A stretch of DNA of 64,000 nt. Origin: an uncultured Candidatus Saccharibacteria bacterium (GTDB taxonomy: Bacteria; Patescibacteriota; UBA1384; DTJR01). The notes under the pieces were generated by a model. That model saw only the letters and a program-made list of their open reading frames with translations. It made no database searches and was not told where the DNA came from. The first letter of the stretch is position 1, and the number at the start of each line of letters is the position of its first letter. A program made the translations under genes and the position numbers. This document shows positions 55,474-64,000 of the stretch, piece after piece. The stretch covers positions 2,978 to 66,977 of the forward strand of contig CAZOJE010000002.1 in NCBI GenBank assembly GCA_964580065.1, given 5' to 3'.

Positions 55474-55917
55474 TTACTTTTTTAATTTTATAAGCTCTTG
55501 TTCAAAAGAGCTGATGTCTTTAAAATTTTTATATACGCTGGTAAATCTCAAATATGCAATTTCGTCGATTTTTTTCAATCTTTTTATCACCATATTACCA
55601 ATTTTCTTTGTTGGCACATTCTGCTCGCCTGATTCGATAATCCTTTTTTCGATACTATCAACAATTTCTTCGATCTCGTCAGGGCTAATCCTATCGTTAG
55701 CCGACATTTTAATTCCGCGGGCGATTTTTTCGCGATCAAACGGTTCAACTCGACCATTGCGTTTGATAACGGAAATTTTAATCGCTTCAATCCGTTCATA
55801 GGTATTAAAACGGTATTTGCAATCTTCGCATTCCCTTCGACGACGAATGGTTTTCGCATCATAGTCACGGGAATCAATGACTGAAATACTAGTAGATTTA
55901 CATATAGGACAAATCAT
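55474..55917 (-). CDS. nrdR: Transcriptional repressor NrdR
   Basis: N-terminal zinc ribbon CPICKS...CEDCKYRF and an ATP-cone. Confidence 0.9.
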   Translation of the reverse strand: MICPICKSTSISVIDSRDYDAKTIRRRRECEDCKYRFNTYERIEAIKISVIKRNGRVEPFDREKIARGIKMSANDRISPDEIEEIVDSIEKRIIESGEQNVPTKKIGNMVIKRLKKIDEIAYLRFTSVYKNFKDISSFEQELIKLKK

Positions 55918-55947
55918 TTCCCCTCCACTAAATGTTGCGTATTTCTA

Positions 55948-55981
55948 AATATAAACTACTAAATATAGTTGTCAAGACAAC
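55948..55981 (-). promoter_or_regulatory. Putative nrdR-nrdJ promoter on the minus strand (TTGACA-16 nt-TATATT), overlapped by a 14-bp palindrome and an NrdR-box-like AT-rich dyad
   Basis: Minus-strand TTGACA corresponds to plus 55970-55975 and -10 to plus 55948-55953. A GGAGGGG Shine-Dalgarno precedes the ATG. The palindrome is at 55968-55981. Confidence 0.5.
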
Positions 55982-56005
55982 AAAAAAACGGGTGGTCCCG
56001 TTTTC
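55982..56005 (-). terminator. ftsZ terminator; bidirectional in form
   Basis: AAACGGG tggt CCCGTTTT flanked by A and T runs. Confidence 0.55.
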
Positions 56006-56027
56006 TAAAAGTCTGACTATATACCTG

Positions 56028-57185
56028 TTATTTGAGTTTTCTTCTAATAAAAGCCGGCACTTCTAATTCATCATCGGATTCTTCCTGTTTTACTTCTTCT
56101 TCCTTTTCAATAAAGGTATTGTAAATTGGTTGCGGCTGGGGTTGGGGTTGAGGAGCTTGAACTGGACGCTGTTGGGGCGTGTTAGCTGAATATCTTCTTT
56201 CTTCATAGGTTGGACGCAACTGTTTTTTGGTTTCTAAATCTTCGTCAAATCCGGTGGCAATAACCGTAATTTTTACTTCGCCAGACATTGACTCGTCAAC
56301 AATCGAACCAAAAATGATATTCGAATCAGGGTCGGCCGCTTCTGTAATAGTTTTGGCCGCTTCGTCTATTTCGTACATACTTAAATCAGGGCCGCCCGTA
56401 ATATTAAACAAAATTCCTTTGGCGCCGTCGATAGAAAGCTCTAAAAGTGGTGAATCGATAGCGGCGCGGGCTGCTTCGATGGCGCGATTATCGCCTGTAC
56501 CGCGGCCGATTCCCATCAAGGCCGAACCAGCATCAGCCATGATTGTTTTTACGTCAGCAAAGTCAACGTTGATGATGCCATGCATTGTAATCAGATCGGA
56601 AATACCTTGAACACCCTGTCGCAGAACGTCATCAACAATACTGAAAGCGTCGGTTAAGGAAGTTTTCTTGTCGATAACCTGCAAAAGTCGGTCGTTAGGA
56701 ATAACAATGAGCGTGTCAACTTTATCTTTAAGGTCTTCGATCCCCTGCTCGGCAACTTTCTTGCGTCTGATTCCTTCAAAACTAAATGGCTTGGTTACAA
56801 TACCGACAGTCAAAGAACCCTGCTCTTTGGAAATGGCCGCTACTACCGGTCCGGCACCCGTACCGGTACCGCCGCCGGCGCCATAGGCCACAAAAACCAT
56901 ATCGGCACCTTTGAGCGCTTCGTAAATTTCTTCTTTATTTTCTTCAACGGCGGCGCGACCCACTTCATAGTTACTGCCGGCGCCTAATCCTCGTGTCGTT
57001 TCTTTTCCAATTTGAATTTTTACCGGCGCTGGATTATTTACAAGCGCTTGAGCGTCCGTGTTTACAACAATAAACTCGACTCCACGCAATTTGGACTCAA
57101 TCATTCTAAGGACGGAATTTCCGCCCGACCCACCTACACCAACAACCTTTATTGTGGCAAATGTTTCCAGCTCTTCTTTAATCAT
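56028..57185 (-). CDS. ftsZ: Cell division protein FtsZ
   Basis: Tubulin signature GGGTGTG, T7 loop and a Gln/Pro-rich C-terminal linker. Confidence 0.9.
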   Translation of the reverse strand: MIKEELETFATIKVVGVGGSGGNSVLRMIESKLRGVEFIVVNTDAQALVNNPAPVKIQIGKETTRGLGAGSNYEVGRAAVEENKEEIYEALKGADMVFVAYGAGGGTGTGAGPVVAAISKEQGSLTVGIVTKPFSFEGIRRKKVAEQGIEDLKDKVDTLIVIPNDRLLQVIDKKTSLTDAFSIVDDVLRQGVQGISDLITMHGIINVDFADVKTIMADAGSALMGIGRGTGDNRAIEAARAAIDSPLLELSIDGAKGILFNITGGPDLSMYEIDEAAKTITEAADPDSNIIFGSIVDESMSGEVKITVIATGFDEDLETKKQLRPTYEERRYSANTPQQRPVQAPQPQPQPQPIYNTFIEKEEEVKQEESDDELEVPAFIRRKLK

Positions 57186-57191
57186 TATTTG

Positions 57192-58436
57192 TTAAGGTAT
57201 AAAATTTTTAAAAATGTCCTTAACCTTATTGAAAGCCCCTCCCAACCTTTCAGTTTTGGTTCCTTGCTTGTTTTTATTAGACACAAAGTTAGACGTTTCG
57301 TCAATACCCCACAAAACTAAACCAATGGCTGTGGCGTACTCCGGATCATCTAATTTCTCGATTACACCGGGCAATTCTAAATTGTTTTGTCCAATTTGAA
57401 TTGGCAGACCAAGATTTTGCTTGGCAAATTTTTGCAAACCGTTTAACTTTGACCCGCCGCCGACAAAAACGGCGCCAGCCGGCAACATGCCGTCGCGGTC
57501 GATCGACTTTAACTCATCTTTAATCATCGCAAAAAGTTCATTCAAACGCGCTTCGACAATTTCGGAAATATAACGGCGGTTGGGTTTATCTGTTTCATTT
57601 TTGTCATATTTAGATAGATCAACCTTGTCCGATTCCTTTACTTCGGAAACTCTGACATCGACTTCGTTCAGTTTAATTTTTTCCGCCGCATCAAGTGAAA
57701 TCTTTAAACCGATAGCAATGTCATTGGTGATGTGGTTTGAGCCGATTGGCAAAACCTTGCTGTGAATAACGGTGCCTTCTTCAAAAACTGCCATAGTTGT
57801 GTTTGTCGATCCGATGTCGATTATAACAACGCCAATTTCTTTTTGCTTTTTTGTTAGATAGGCCTTAGCTGAAGCGAGGGGTGAAAAAACAATCCCTTCG
57901 ATTTCTAAGCCGGCTTGAGCAATGGCTTTTGAGAAATTTTTTAAAGCGGGTGTTGATGAACCAATAACGTGACATTGAGCTTCAAGACGAATACCGGTCA
58001 TGCCGATCGGATCCTTAATACCGGATTGGCCATCAACGGTGAACCATTTTGGAATAATGTGCAAAATTTCAAAATTTTGAGGTAGGGCGACGGATTTAAC
58101 GGCGTCAATAACTCTATCGACATCGGCTTGTTGGATTTCGCCATCGCCGCGGCTGACAGCAATAACGCCCTTTGAGTCAACTGAAATTATTTGATTTCCG
58201 CCAAAAGAAGCGTAGCAAGAGTCGATCGGCACACCGCTCGATCTTTCCGCTTCGTCTAAAGCGGCCGAGATCGCGCTGACAGTATCTTCGATATCGACAA
58301 CTGCTCCCTTTCTCATTCCTGAATTCGGCGCTTTACCAAAGCCGTTGATTCTAATCATTCCTTCCTGAATTTGACCAACTATGGCAATTACTTTGGTTGA
58401 TCCAACGTCGATTCCGACGATAGTGTCGTTACTCAC
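57192..58436 (-). CDS. ftsA: Cell division protein FtsA
   Basis: Actin-fold motifs (VGIDVGSTK..., ...DIGSTNTT...) and position upstream of ftsZ. Confidence 0.9.
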   Translation of the reverse strand: MSNDTIVGIDVGSTKVIAIVGQIQEGMIRINGFGKAPNSGMRKGAVVDIEDTVSAISAALDEAERSSGVPIDSCYASFGGNQIISVDSKGVIAVSRGDGEIQQADVDRVIDAVKSVALPQNFEILHIIPKWFTVDGQSGIKDPIGMTGIRLEAQCHVIGSSTPALKNFSKAIAQAGLEIEGIVFSPLASAKAYLTKKQKEIGVVIIDIGSTNTTMAVFEEGTVIHSKVLPIGSNHITNDIAIGLKISLDAAEKIKLNEVDVRVSEVKESDKVDLSKYDKNETDKPNRRYISEIVEARLNELFAMIKDELKSIDRDGMLPAGAVFVGGGSKLNGLQKFAKQNLGLPIQIGQNNLELPGVIEKLDDPEYATAIGLVLWGIDETSNFVSNKNKQGTKTERLGGAFNKVKDIFKNFIP

Positions 58437-58447
58437 TCAATCCTCCC

Positions 58448-58819
58448 CTATTTATGATGTATTCCAACTAAATGATCGATACCATGACAGACATAAAAAT
58501 AAAACTCTTCATCAAAGGATTTATTCAATTTTTTTGCCTGCGATTTTATTATATCACTACACACCACAACAGTTCCAATAAAATCACATTCGGCGACGGT
58601 CGGGAAATCGGCAACAGGAAAACTCAAAACATCGGTGGCATAATCATGATTGAGAAAATCGCGATTTAGACGACGCATTTTTGCTTTGCCGACAATATCG
58701 AGTTCGATCCAAGCATTTTCTTTTTTCCTGTAACGCAAATGCTTCTTTATTACTCTTTGAGCATCATCAAGGGAAATTCCAAAATCGCCCCTTATTTTTA
58801 GAAATATTTTATTTTGCAT
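58448..58819 (-). CDS. ybeY: Endoribonuclease YbeY
   Basis: HGIDHLVGIHH metal-binding motif. Confidence 0.8.
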   Translation of the reverse strand: MQNKIFLKIRGDFGISLDDAQRVIKKHLRYRKKENAWIELDIVGKAKMRRLNRDFLNHDYATDVLSFPVADFPTVAECDFIGTVVVCSDIIKSQAKKLNKSFDEEFYFYVCHGIDHLVGIHHK

Positions 58820-59660
58820 ATTTACGTTTGTGATGAATATGGCTAAGTGTTTCGGTGATTGCTTTAGCGATTTTTTTGAGCTCCGCCGGAGTCAGCGAGC
58901 AATCATCAAGCTGACCAGAATCAAGCTTTTTGTTGATTTCGCCTGTTACTAGTCTTTCTATAGCTTCCTCATTCAATTTTTTTTCGTTACGCGATTTGGC
59001 CTCGACGCAATCGGCGATCATGACAATAGCGGCTCGTTTTGATTTTGGTTTTGGCCCGGGGTAGCAAAAGTTTTGTTTTTTCAATGAGTCAACTCTTGTA
59101 TTACCGTGATGTTGGGCAATAACGCTAATTATTTCTGACGGCAAATCTTTTTTGCGGGCAATTTTTACGCCGTCTTCAACATGAGCAATGAGATTTTTTG
59201 CTAATTCTTCTTTACTTATATCGATCAGGGCTCCTTCGGGACGATTTTCGATAAATAAAACGGGATTTTTCATCTTGCCAATGTCATGGTAGTACCCGCC
59301 AAGACGTAAATATTGGTCGTTTAGCCCAATCGCTTTTCCGGCAGCCGAGCAAAGTTGGGCAACATTTGTCGAATGCATAAAAGTCCCCGGGGCTTTTTTG
59401 GCCAATGAAGATAAAATGGGATTGTTCAGATTACCAAGATAATTAAGTTCGCTAAAGGAACTTTTTTCACTTAGGATTTTTTTCCACTTAACATTGGTGG
59501 CAAAGGCCAAAAAAACCGCATCGGCAAGAATAATCAATGTTTTGGTCTTGGTTGTAAAACTGCTGGTCAGCAAAAGGAGTAGAACGAAATTATTCAGAAA
59601 AAAATATAAAACACTCAAAAGAAGCTTTTTATTAATTTTACCAAAGTTCATTTTTAACAA
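58809..59660 (-). CDS. Membrane-anchored HD/HDIG phosphohydrolase (PgpH/YqfF-like)
   Basis: N-terminal TM helices, YHDIGK and AQHHGNT motifs; classic gene order before ybeY. Confidence 0.7.
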   Translation of the reverse strand: MLKMNFGKINKKLLLSVLYFFLNNFVLLLLLTSSFTTKTKTLIILADAVFLAFATNVKWKKILSEKSSFSELNYLGNLNNPILSSLAKKAPGTFMHSTNVAQLCSAAGKAIGLNDQYLRLGGYYHDIGKMKNPVLFIENRPEGALIDISKEELAKNLIAHVEDGVKIARKKDLPSEIISVIAQHHGNTRVDSLKKQNFCYPGPKPKSKRAAIVMIADCVEAKSRNEKKLNEEAIERLVTGEINKKLDSGQLDDCSLTPAELKKIAKAITETLSHIHHKRKYAK

Positions 59661-60092
59661 TTACAAATATTTTTGCAAAATAGCTGAAACTGTTTTCCCG
59701 TCAGCTCTATCACCAATTTGCGCCATTATTTGGCCCATTAGCGGACCGAATGATTTATCGGTCGACTTTTCAACGATGCTCTTGACGATATTTTCAATTT
59801 CCTCAACTGGCATTTCTTCTGGAAGAAATTTTTTAATTTCATCAATTTCGAATTGCATTTTTTCAACTAAATCTTGTCTTTTGGCTTCTTTGTATTGCAA
59901 AAGCGCTTCGCTTCTTTGCTTTAGCTCATGTTTAAGCGTTTTTGTTGCTTCGTTGTCATCGAATTTATCCGCTAAATCTTTTTGTTTCGACAAAAGAGAC
60001 GCTTTTAGCGTTTGCAATAAAACTCGGCGCTGGGCATTACCGGCTTTGTATTCAACAATTATTTCTTTTGAGATATCATCGAGAATTTTCAT
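59661..60092 (-). CDS. yqeY: GatB/YqeY domain protein
   Basis: About 140 aa of YqeY-like sequence, directly downstream of rpsU as in Firmicutes. Confidence 0.75.
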   Translation of the reverse strand: MKILDDISKEIIVEYKAGNAQRRVLLQTLKASLLSKQKDLADKFDDNEATKTLKHELKQRSEALLQYKEAKRQDLVEKMQFEIDEIKKFLPEEMPVEEIENIVKSIVEKSTDKSFGPLMGQIMAQIGDRADGKTVSAILQKYL

Positions 60093-60202
60093 TTTCCTAT
60101 CACATAAGTTGAACCAGTTATTTTAGTCAGTTGGTATATCACAAAAATGGCCAAAATAACGATTATTGCATAAATGCATAACCATACTGGCTTTATTTTC
60201 TT

Positions 60203-60373
60203 CTTACCATCCTCGCTTGTACTCATTCTTGACGGCCTTTCTTATAGCATCTTGTCTCTTTTTTGCTCTAGAAGGCTCTTTTTCGCGATAACGTCTTCTT
60301 TTTGCTTCAGTGAGAATTCCGCTTAATTGGACTTCTCGAAAGAATTTTCTGATCATTACATCGGGACTTTCAC
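60203..60373 (-). CDS. rpsU: 30S ribosomal protein S21 (not in the supplied ORF track because it is under 60 aa)
   Basis: My translation of the minus strand gives ...MIRKFFREVQLSGILTEAKRRRYREKPSRAKKRQDAIRKAVKNEYKRGW*, an S21-like basic pattern (FKR...G.L.E.RRR.FYEKPS..RK). The start is GTG at 60373 or ATG at 60355. Confidence 0.6.
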
Positions 60374-60535
60374 TTCTTCTCAATTAAATCACCTCTTTCT
60401 CGTTAATTAGAATAGCAAAAATAATCCTATTTTTCAACGCTTAAGAGTAAAAACAGCGCTTATAAGGGATGATTTAAAATAGTAAATAATCATAAAACAA
60501 TTTGGGTTCTTTTTCCTGCAAATATGGGTGGCATC

Positions 60536-60564
60536 TTGACAAATTGAGAAATTCATAGTATAAT
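60536..60564 (+). promoter_or_regulatory. Consensus promoter TTGACA-17 nt-TATAAT for the lytic transglycosylase gene
   Basis: TTGACA at 60536-60541 and TATAAT at 60559-60564. Confidence 0.6.
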
Positions 60565-60606
60565 AACGGCTTCCCAAAATATGGGAATTTTTTATTTTAG
60601 GAAGTT

Positions 60607-61212
60607 ATGATGAAACACAAAATTCAATTGCTGGGTTGGGCGCTGATTGTCGTCATGGCGATCCTACTCAATCCTAGCCAAAGTGCCTTATCGTATTCAG
60701 ATGATTCGAGCTTAAAAGTCCCGATAGAAATTAAGGATGGCTTCGAAATTACCACCATTAGTCCGAAAATAGTCATTACTCCGGGTGAAAGCGAATATAC
60801 GAAAAAACAAAAAAGCTTGGCTAAAAAAGCTTCTACTTCAAGCGTGGCTGTATCTTCGTCTAAGCAATATACTCTAGATGAACTAAAAAGCTTCTATAAA
60901 CAAGCGGCTAGCCAATTTGGTATTGACCCGAAATTGTTAGAATCTGTCCACCAAGTCGAATCGGGTAAGTCTTCTTATTGTAAAACCAGTTCAGCTGGAG
61001 CAATGGGACCAATGCAATTTTTGCGTTCAACTTTTGCTCATTACAGCGACGGTAACATTTGTGATGCTAAAGATGCTATCTTTGCTGCGGCTAAATTGTT
61101 AGCGGCAAATGGCGCTTCTGATGGTGATATTAGATCTGCTCTTTACAGCTATAACCATTCTCAAAAATACGTTAATTTAGTTATTAGCGTAATGGATAGT
61201 ATCCCGTCCTAA
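60607..61212 (+). CDS. Lytic transglycosylase (SLT domain) with a signal peptide
   Basis: Catalytic E-S motif (VESGKSS) and AMGPMQF signature. Confidence 0.75.
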   Translation: MMKHKIQLLGWALIVVMAILLNPSQSALSYSDDSSLKVPIEIKDGFEITTISPKIVITPGESEYTKKQKSLAKKASTSSVAVSSSKQYTLDELKSFYKQAASQFGIDPKLLESVHQVESGKSSYCKTSSAGAMGPMQFLRSTFAHYSDGNICDAKDAIFAAAKLLAANGASDGDIRSALYSYNHSQKYVNLVISVMDSIPS

Positions 61213-62306
61213 AAAAACGTTGGCGTTACTTCGGGTGGAATTATCTCGTACCAGAAATTACCGCCGTTAAATTGAATTTCCTGACCGGATTCATCATAGA
61301 ACTTTGTTCTATCTGTCAAAGAAGTTTTTTTCCAAGTGGCGCTAATTAACTTACCATCTTGCATGATCGTTGCGTTGCCGGAGCCTATAGTCTTGAAAAT
61401 CCAGTTTTGACTGCCATAACTTCCTGTCGGGTCGAGAGTGCGCGAAACGGTTTGAATAATAATATTCTTGGCCGTTATTTGTTTGCCAGTGTTGCGATCG
61501 GTATGCTCTTTTCCAGCTAAAAAGCGCAAATAAACATTATTTGTCGGGTCATAAGTCCATTTCACTTTATAGGAAATGTTGTTAGAGAAGTCTATTTCAG
61601 CGCCCTTGCCAATTTCGGTCGTGGGAGAGTCTTTTTTGAAAGTGAATTTAGTAAAATCCATTCCATTTGTGTCGAATTTCTTGCTTTTGGCGTAGTCGTA
61701 AAGCTTTTCGGTTGAAGAAAAAAGCGTGTGCTCGCTAGCTACCGAACGTCCTTTTGAGTCACGGTAAAAATACTTTGCTGAATGATTCAAATCTTTAATT
61801 TTGTACGAATCAATATTGGCTAAAGCATCTTCATTCCCGCCGGCATGAGCGAAAAAGGCGTCATATTCTTTGAGCCAGTCCATAAAAAATAAACGTGCAC
61901 TTCGAACCGGGCCGACCTCCTTAGCATCTTTTGGCCCAAAAATAGCCAAGAATCTAGTAATACCGCCTTCGGTTATTGCTTCATAAACAATGCTAGCGTC
62001 AGATAAACCGGATTGCGGCCGAGCGTCAGGGTGATTTTCGATCGAAACCGCCAGAGGATGCCGGTCAACCAATTCTTTGGAGGTATACAGCGCGCCATCT
62101 AGGGGCGATTGATAAGTAACAGGTGTTGGCGTGACCTTTGGTTTGTTGATAGAAACGGTTTGTGTGCCGCCTTTCTTTTTTAAATAATGGCCGGCGGCCA
62201 CGCCGGCAACAATGAAAATTGCCACGCTTATTAGAACAACACCAATTATTTTATATTTTTTGCTTATGCCTTTTTGGATCGGTTTACCGTCTTTTTTTTC
62301 TTCCAA
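61209..62306 (-). CDS. DUF3048 (YerB-like) membrane-anchored protein
   Basis: ...EGGITRFLAIF...GPVRSARLFFMDW...HAGGN... pattern typical of DUF3048. Confidence 0.55.
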   Translation of the reverse strand: MEEKKDGKPIQKGISKKYKIIGVVLISVAIFIVAGVAAGHYLKKKGGTQTVSINKPKVTPTPVTYQSPLDGALYTSKELVDRHPLAVSIENHPDARPQSGLSDASIVYEAITEGGITRFLAIFGPKDAKEVGPVRSARLFFMDWLKEYDAFFAHAGGNEDALANIDSYKIKDLNHSAKYFYRDSKGRSVASEHTLFSSTEKLYDYAKSKKFDTNGMDFTKFTFKKDSPTTEIGKGAEIDFSNNISYKVKWTYDPTNNVYLRFLAGKEHTDRNTGKQITAKNIIIQTVSRTLDPTGSYGSQNWIFKTIGSGNATIMQDGKLISATWKKTSLTDRTKFYDESGQEIQFNGGNFWYEIIPPEVTPTFF

Positions 62307-62320
62307 CTCCCCTCCTAAAT

Positions 62321-62710
62321 CTATTTTATAAGGTTCAAGCCAATTTGCTCATCGAAATATCTTTCGACTTCATTTGATGAAGCAAAAAAGCAAAACTCAA
62401 AAGTTGCCCCAACTATTCCTTTCGAAATATGGCCGGAAAATGTTTCAAAATTTTTATTTGATAAAACAGCGTGTGGATGAATTCCCATTTTTCCGTCTGG
62501 CAACTTTCCGACAACACCGACAAAAGAGCCGATTTCCAAAGGGCCTTCAATTTGTTTTTGGGAATACTCCTTCTCTTCAAGCAAATAAAGTTTAAGTTCG
62601 GCCTGTTCAAGAGCACCCAAGCCGACAATTAAACCCGAAGGTTTATCGGCAACAAATTTTTCCAATTCTTCTATTAAATTATCACCTTTTTTAAGACGAT
62701 GAATTTCCAT
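62321..62710 (-). CDS. PPC/DUF296-domain protein
   Basis: Pattern ...GxxHxH...G...G; 129 aa. Confidence 0.45.
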   Translation of the reverse strand: MEIHRLKKGDNLIEELEKFVADKPSGLIVGLGALEQAELKLYLLEEKEYSQKQIEGPLEIGSFVGVVGKLPDGKMGIHPHAVLSNKNFETFSGHISKGIVGATFEFCFFASSNEVERYFDEQIGLNLIK

Positions 62711-62924
62711 TTTGTACCTCCAAAACTTTATGGACTGATTGCTTTCCTTTTATTATTCTAATCGATTTTGGCTCAACATTAAACTCCTTAGCCGCTAGAT
62801 CGATTAACTCAATATTGGCCCGGTTCCCTTTTGGCAGGGCCTTAAGATGCGCTACCAATTTTCCACGATCGTGTGAAAAAAAACTTCTGTTTTGGCCTGT
62901 TTTGCAATCGATTTTTATTTCCAT
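62691..62924 (-). CDS. DUF167/YggU-family small protein
   Basis: ...ALPKGNRANIELIDLAAKEFNV....IKGKQSVHKV... typical of UPF0235. Confidence 0.55.
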   Translation of the reverse strand: MEIKIDCKTGQNRSFFSHDRGKLVAHLKALPKGNRANIELIDLAAKEFNVEPKSIRIIKGKQSVHKVLEVQNGNSSS

Positions 62925-63532
62925 ACTTTCCTAAATATAATCAGCAATAAATTAAGTAAAAATAAGCAAATAATTGTTGCACAGAAGACTATTAGCAAAT
63001 ATTCATTAAAAAGCATATGGGAGAAAATTTTATTTCGGAAAACTATAATTGTTAGTAATATTAATATTGAAGCGACGGCCGAATTGGCGATGTCACGGCT
63101 TGAAGGAAACATGCTCAAGAACACCGAGAAACCCAAGTAAATTAAAACGATTTTCCAGATAAGGATTATATTCACTTGCGTGGAAAAAATTTTGTAAATT
63201 AAAACTAAAAATAAAAGACCGATAACTAAAGGCGCCGTAGAAATAAAAAAATCTCTTATTTGGTTTTTTCTTTTTGACTCATATTCAACAAATCCTTCAC
63301 CTTGAGAAAATAGTTTCATTCTTTTTATTCGCACGCCAAAGATGAGACAAAAAACGGCGTGCGAAAGCTCATGTAAAACTACGCCCGGATAAAGCAAAAA
63401 ATACAGCCAAATTTTGCTAGCAGAGACTTGTGTCAAAAAAAGATTTTTAAGCTTATAAATCAAAAAAGACCCAATCAGAATCGAGATGATTAAGCCATTC
63501 GGACTATTTAGCGCCGAGAGTAACGACTGCAT
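62915..63532 (-). CDS. Intramembrane HExxH zinc metalloprotease (M50/site-2-protease-like)
   Basis: HELSH within a TM helix; multi-TM protein. Confidence 0.45.
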   Translation of the reverse strand: MQSLLSALNSPNGLIISILIGSFLIYKLKNLFLTQVSASKIWLYFLLYPGVVLHELSHAVFCLIFGVRIKRMKLFSQGEGFVEYESKRKNQIRDFFISTAPLVIGLLFLVLIYKIFSTQVNIILIWKIVLIYLGFSVFLSMFPSSRDIANSAVASILILLTIIVFRNKIFSHMLFNEYLLIVFCATIICLFLLNLLLIIFRKVWK

Positions 63533-63968
63533 CGTATTGGCTGGCTATTGAATCAGATTTTTGAATTTCTGCCTTGTATTCCTTTTCTAGAGATGTTTGT
63601 AGGGCTTTAGCCAAATCTTCTTTGCCTGTTTTGTAATAAATTATCGAACTTGTGTATGCTTTAGTAGCGTTGTTCACCAAAACAATATTAAAACCATCCT
63701 CTTTGAGGATTTGGGCGATTCTTTTTCCTTCACCGTTGATAGAGTTGCCATTAGCTACCCTAACTGTGCCGGTTATATTTACGGTTTTAGACTCTTGAGC
63801 GCTAGCGGTAATAGTTTCTGTTTCGGTTACGCTGGCTGTCGCACTTTCAACGGCCGATTCTTCGGCGGTAGTTGTGGCAACTGCATTGGTGCCGTTTTTA
63901 TTTCCACTGTCTTTTAGAAAAACGTACAAAGAAATACCGGCGGCCAGAAGCAGGGCAACGACACCCAA
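63504..63968 (-). CDS. LytR_C (cell-envelope related) domain protein with an N-terminal TM
   Basis: C-terminal ...GTVRVANGNSINGEGKRIAQILKEDGFNIV.VNNATKAYTSSIIYY..G..DLA..L pattern typical of LytR_C. Confidence 0.55.
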   Translation of the reverse strand: MGVVALLLAAGISLYVFLKDSGNKNGTNAVATTTAEESAVESATASVTETETITASAQESKTVNITGTVRVANGNSINGEGKRIAQILKEDGFNIVLVNNATKAYTSSIIYYKTGKEDLAKALQTSLEKEYKAEIQKSDSIASQYDAVVTLGAK

Positions 63969-64000
63969 AACAAGATAAAAAACTCCGCCGCCTTCCTTTG

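Noticed and set aside
1-64000. CRISPR arrays, rRNA genes, IS elements or transposases, integrases.
   Set aside because: No regularly spaced direct repeats, no rRNA-like conserved blocks, and no DDE/tyrosine-recombinase motifs were seen in any ORF.

Overview
The window looks like a compact, AT-rich, gene-dense chromosomal segment of a reduced-genome bacterium, possibly a Patescibacteria/CPR, Saccharibacteria-like monoderm. That lineage guess is my inference from gene content, small proteins with extensions, an LPXTG protein, and missing neighbours such as rplK; it is not proven. Standard genetic code applies: long ORFs close on TAA/TAG/TGA. By eye I found no rRNA, tRNA or CRISPR array.

Gene order:
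- Plus strand, 1-21.7 kb: a 5'-partial secreted protein, dprA, topA, recR, a small zinc-ribbon ORF, cysS, then a ~2.8 kb foreign-looking high-GC cassette (see below), an LPXTG surface protein, prfB, ybaB, pth, rplA with a long N-terminal extension, a Thr-rich secreted protein, the rplJ leader, rplJ, rplL, tgt, and two tandem paralogous VirD4/TraG-like coupling-ATPase genes.
- An ~800 bp non-coding convergent gap follows.
- Minus strand, 22.5-60.4 kb: secDF, trxB, gap, a 2-hydroxyacid dehydrogenase, a PfkB kinase, a metallophosphoesterase, DsbA, a Nudix-guanylate-kinase fusion, a beta-helix membrane protein, [fdx on plus], a ~450 bp high-GC patch, dus, rluA-family, rmuC, an RRM protein, two ABC exporter operons with hypothetical membrane proteins, [a mid-GC patch with one plus-strand gene and a 34-bp perfect palindrome], a beta-propeller lipoprotein, a UvrD-family helicase-nuclease, trxA, a putative B12-related membrane protein, a lipoprotein, cobA, nrdJ, nrdR, ftsZ, ftsA, ybeY, pgpH-like HDIG, yqeY and rpsU.
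- 60.6-64 kb: a lytic transglycosylase (plus), then DUF3048, PPC, DUF167, an HExxH membrane protease and a LytR_C protein (minus).

Three local GC-rich compositional outliers stand out against the AT-rich background: 6.9-9.35 kb, 32.9-33.35 kb and 43.96-44.8 kb.

Most unusual items:
- The high-GC cassette at 6.6-9.4 kb encodes two signal-peptide proteins, one with a ~34-triplet collagen-like G-X-Y repeat, and is flanked by 14-bp direct repeats. It is followed immediately by a native LPXTG protein that shares an Asn/Ser-rich motif with the collagen-like protein.
- The tandem T4CP-like ATPase pair at 16.5-21.7 kb is my second candidate for an undescribed system.
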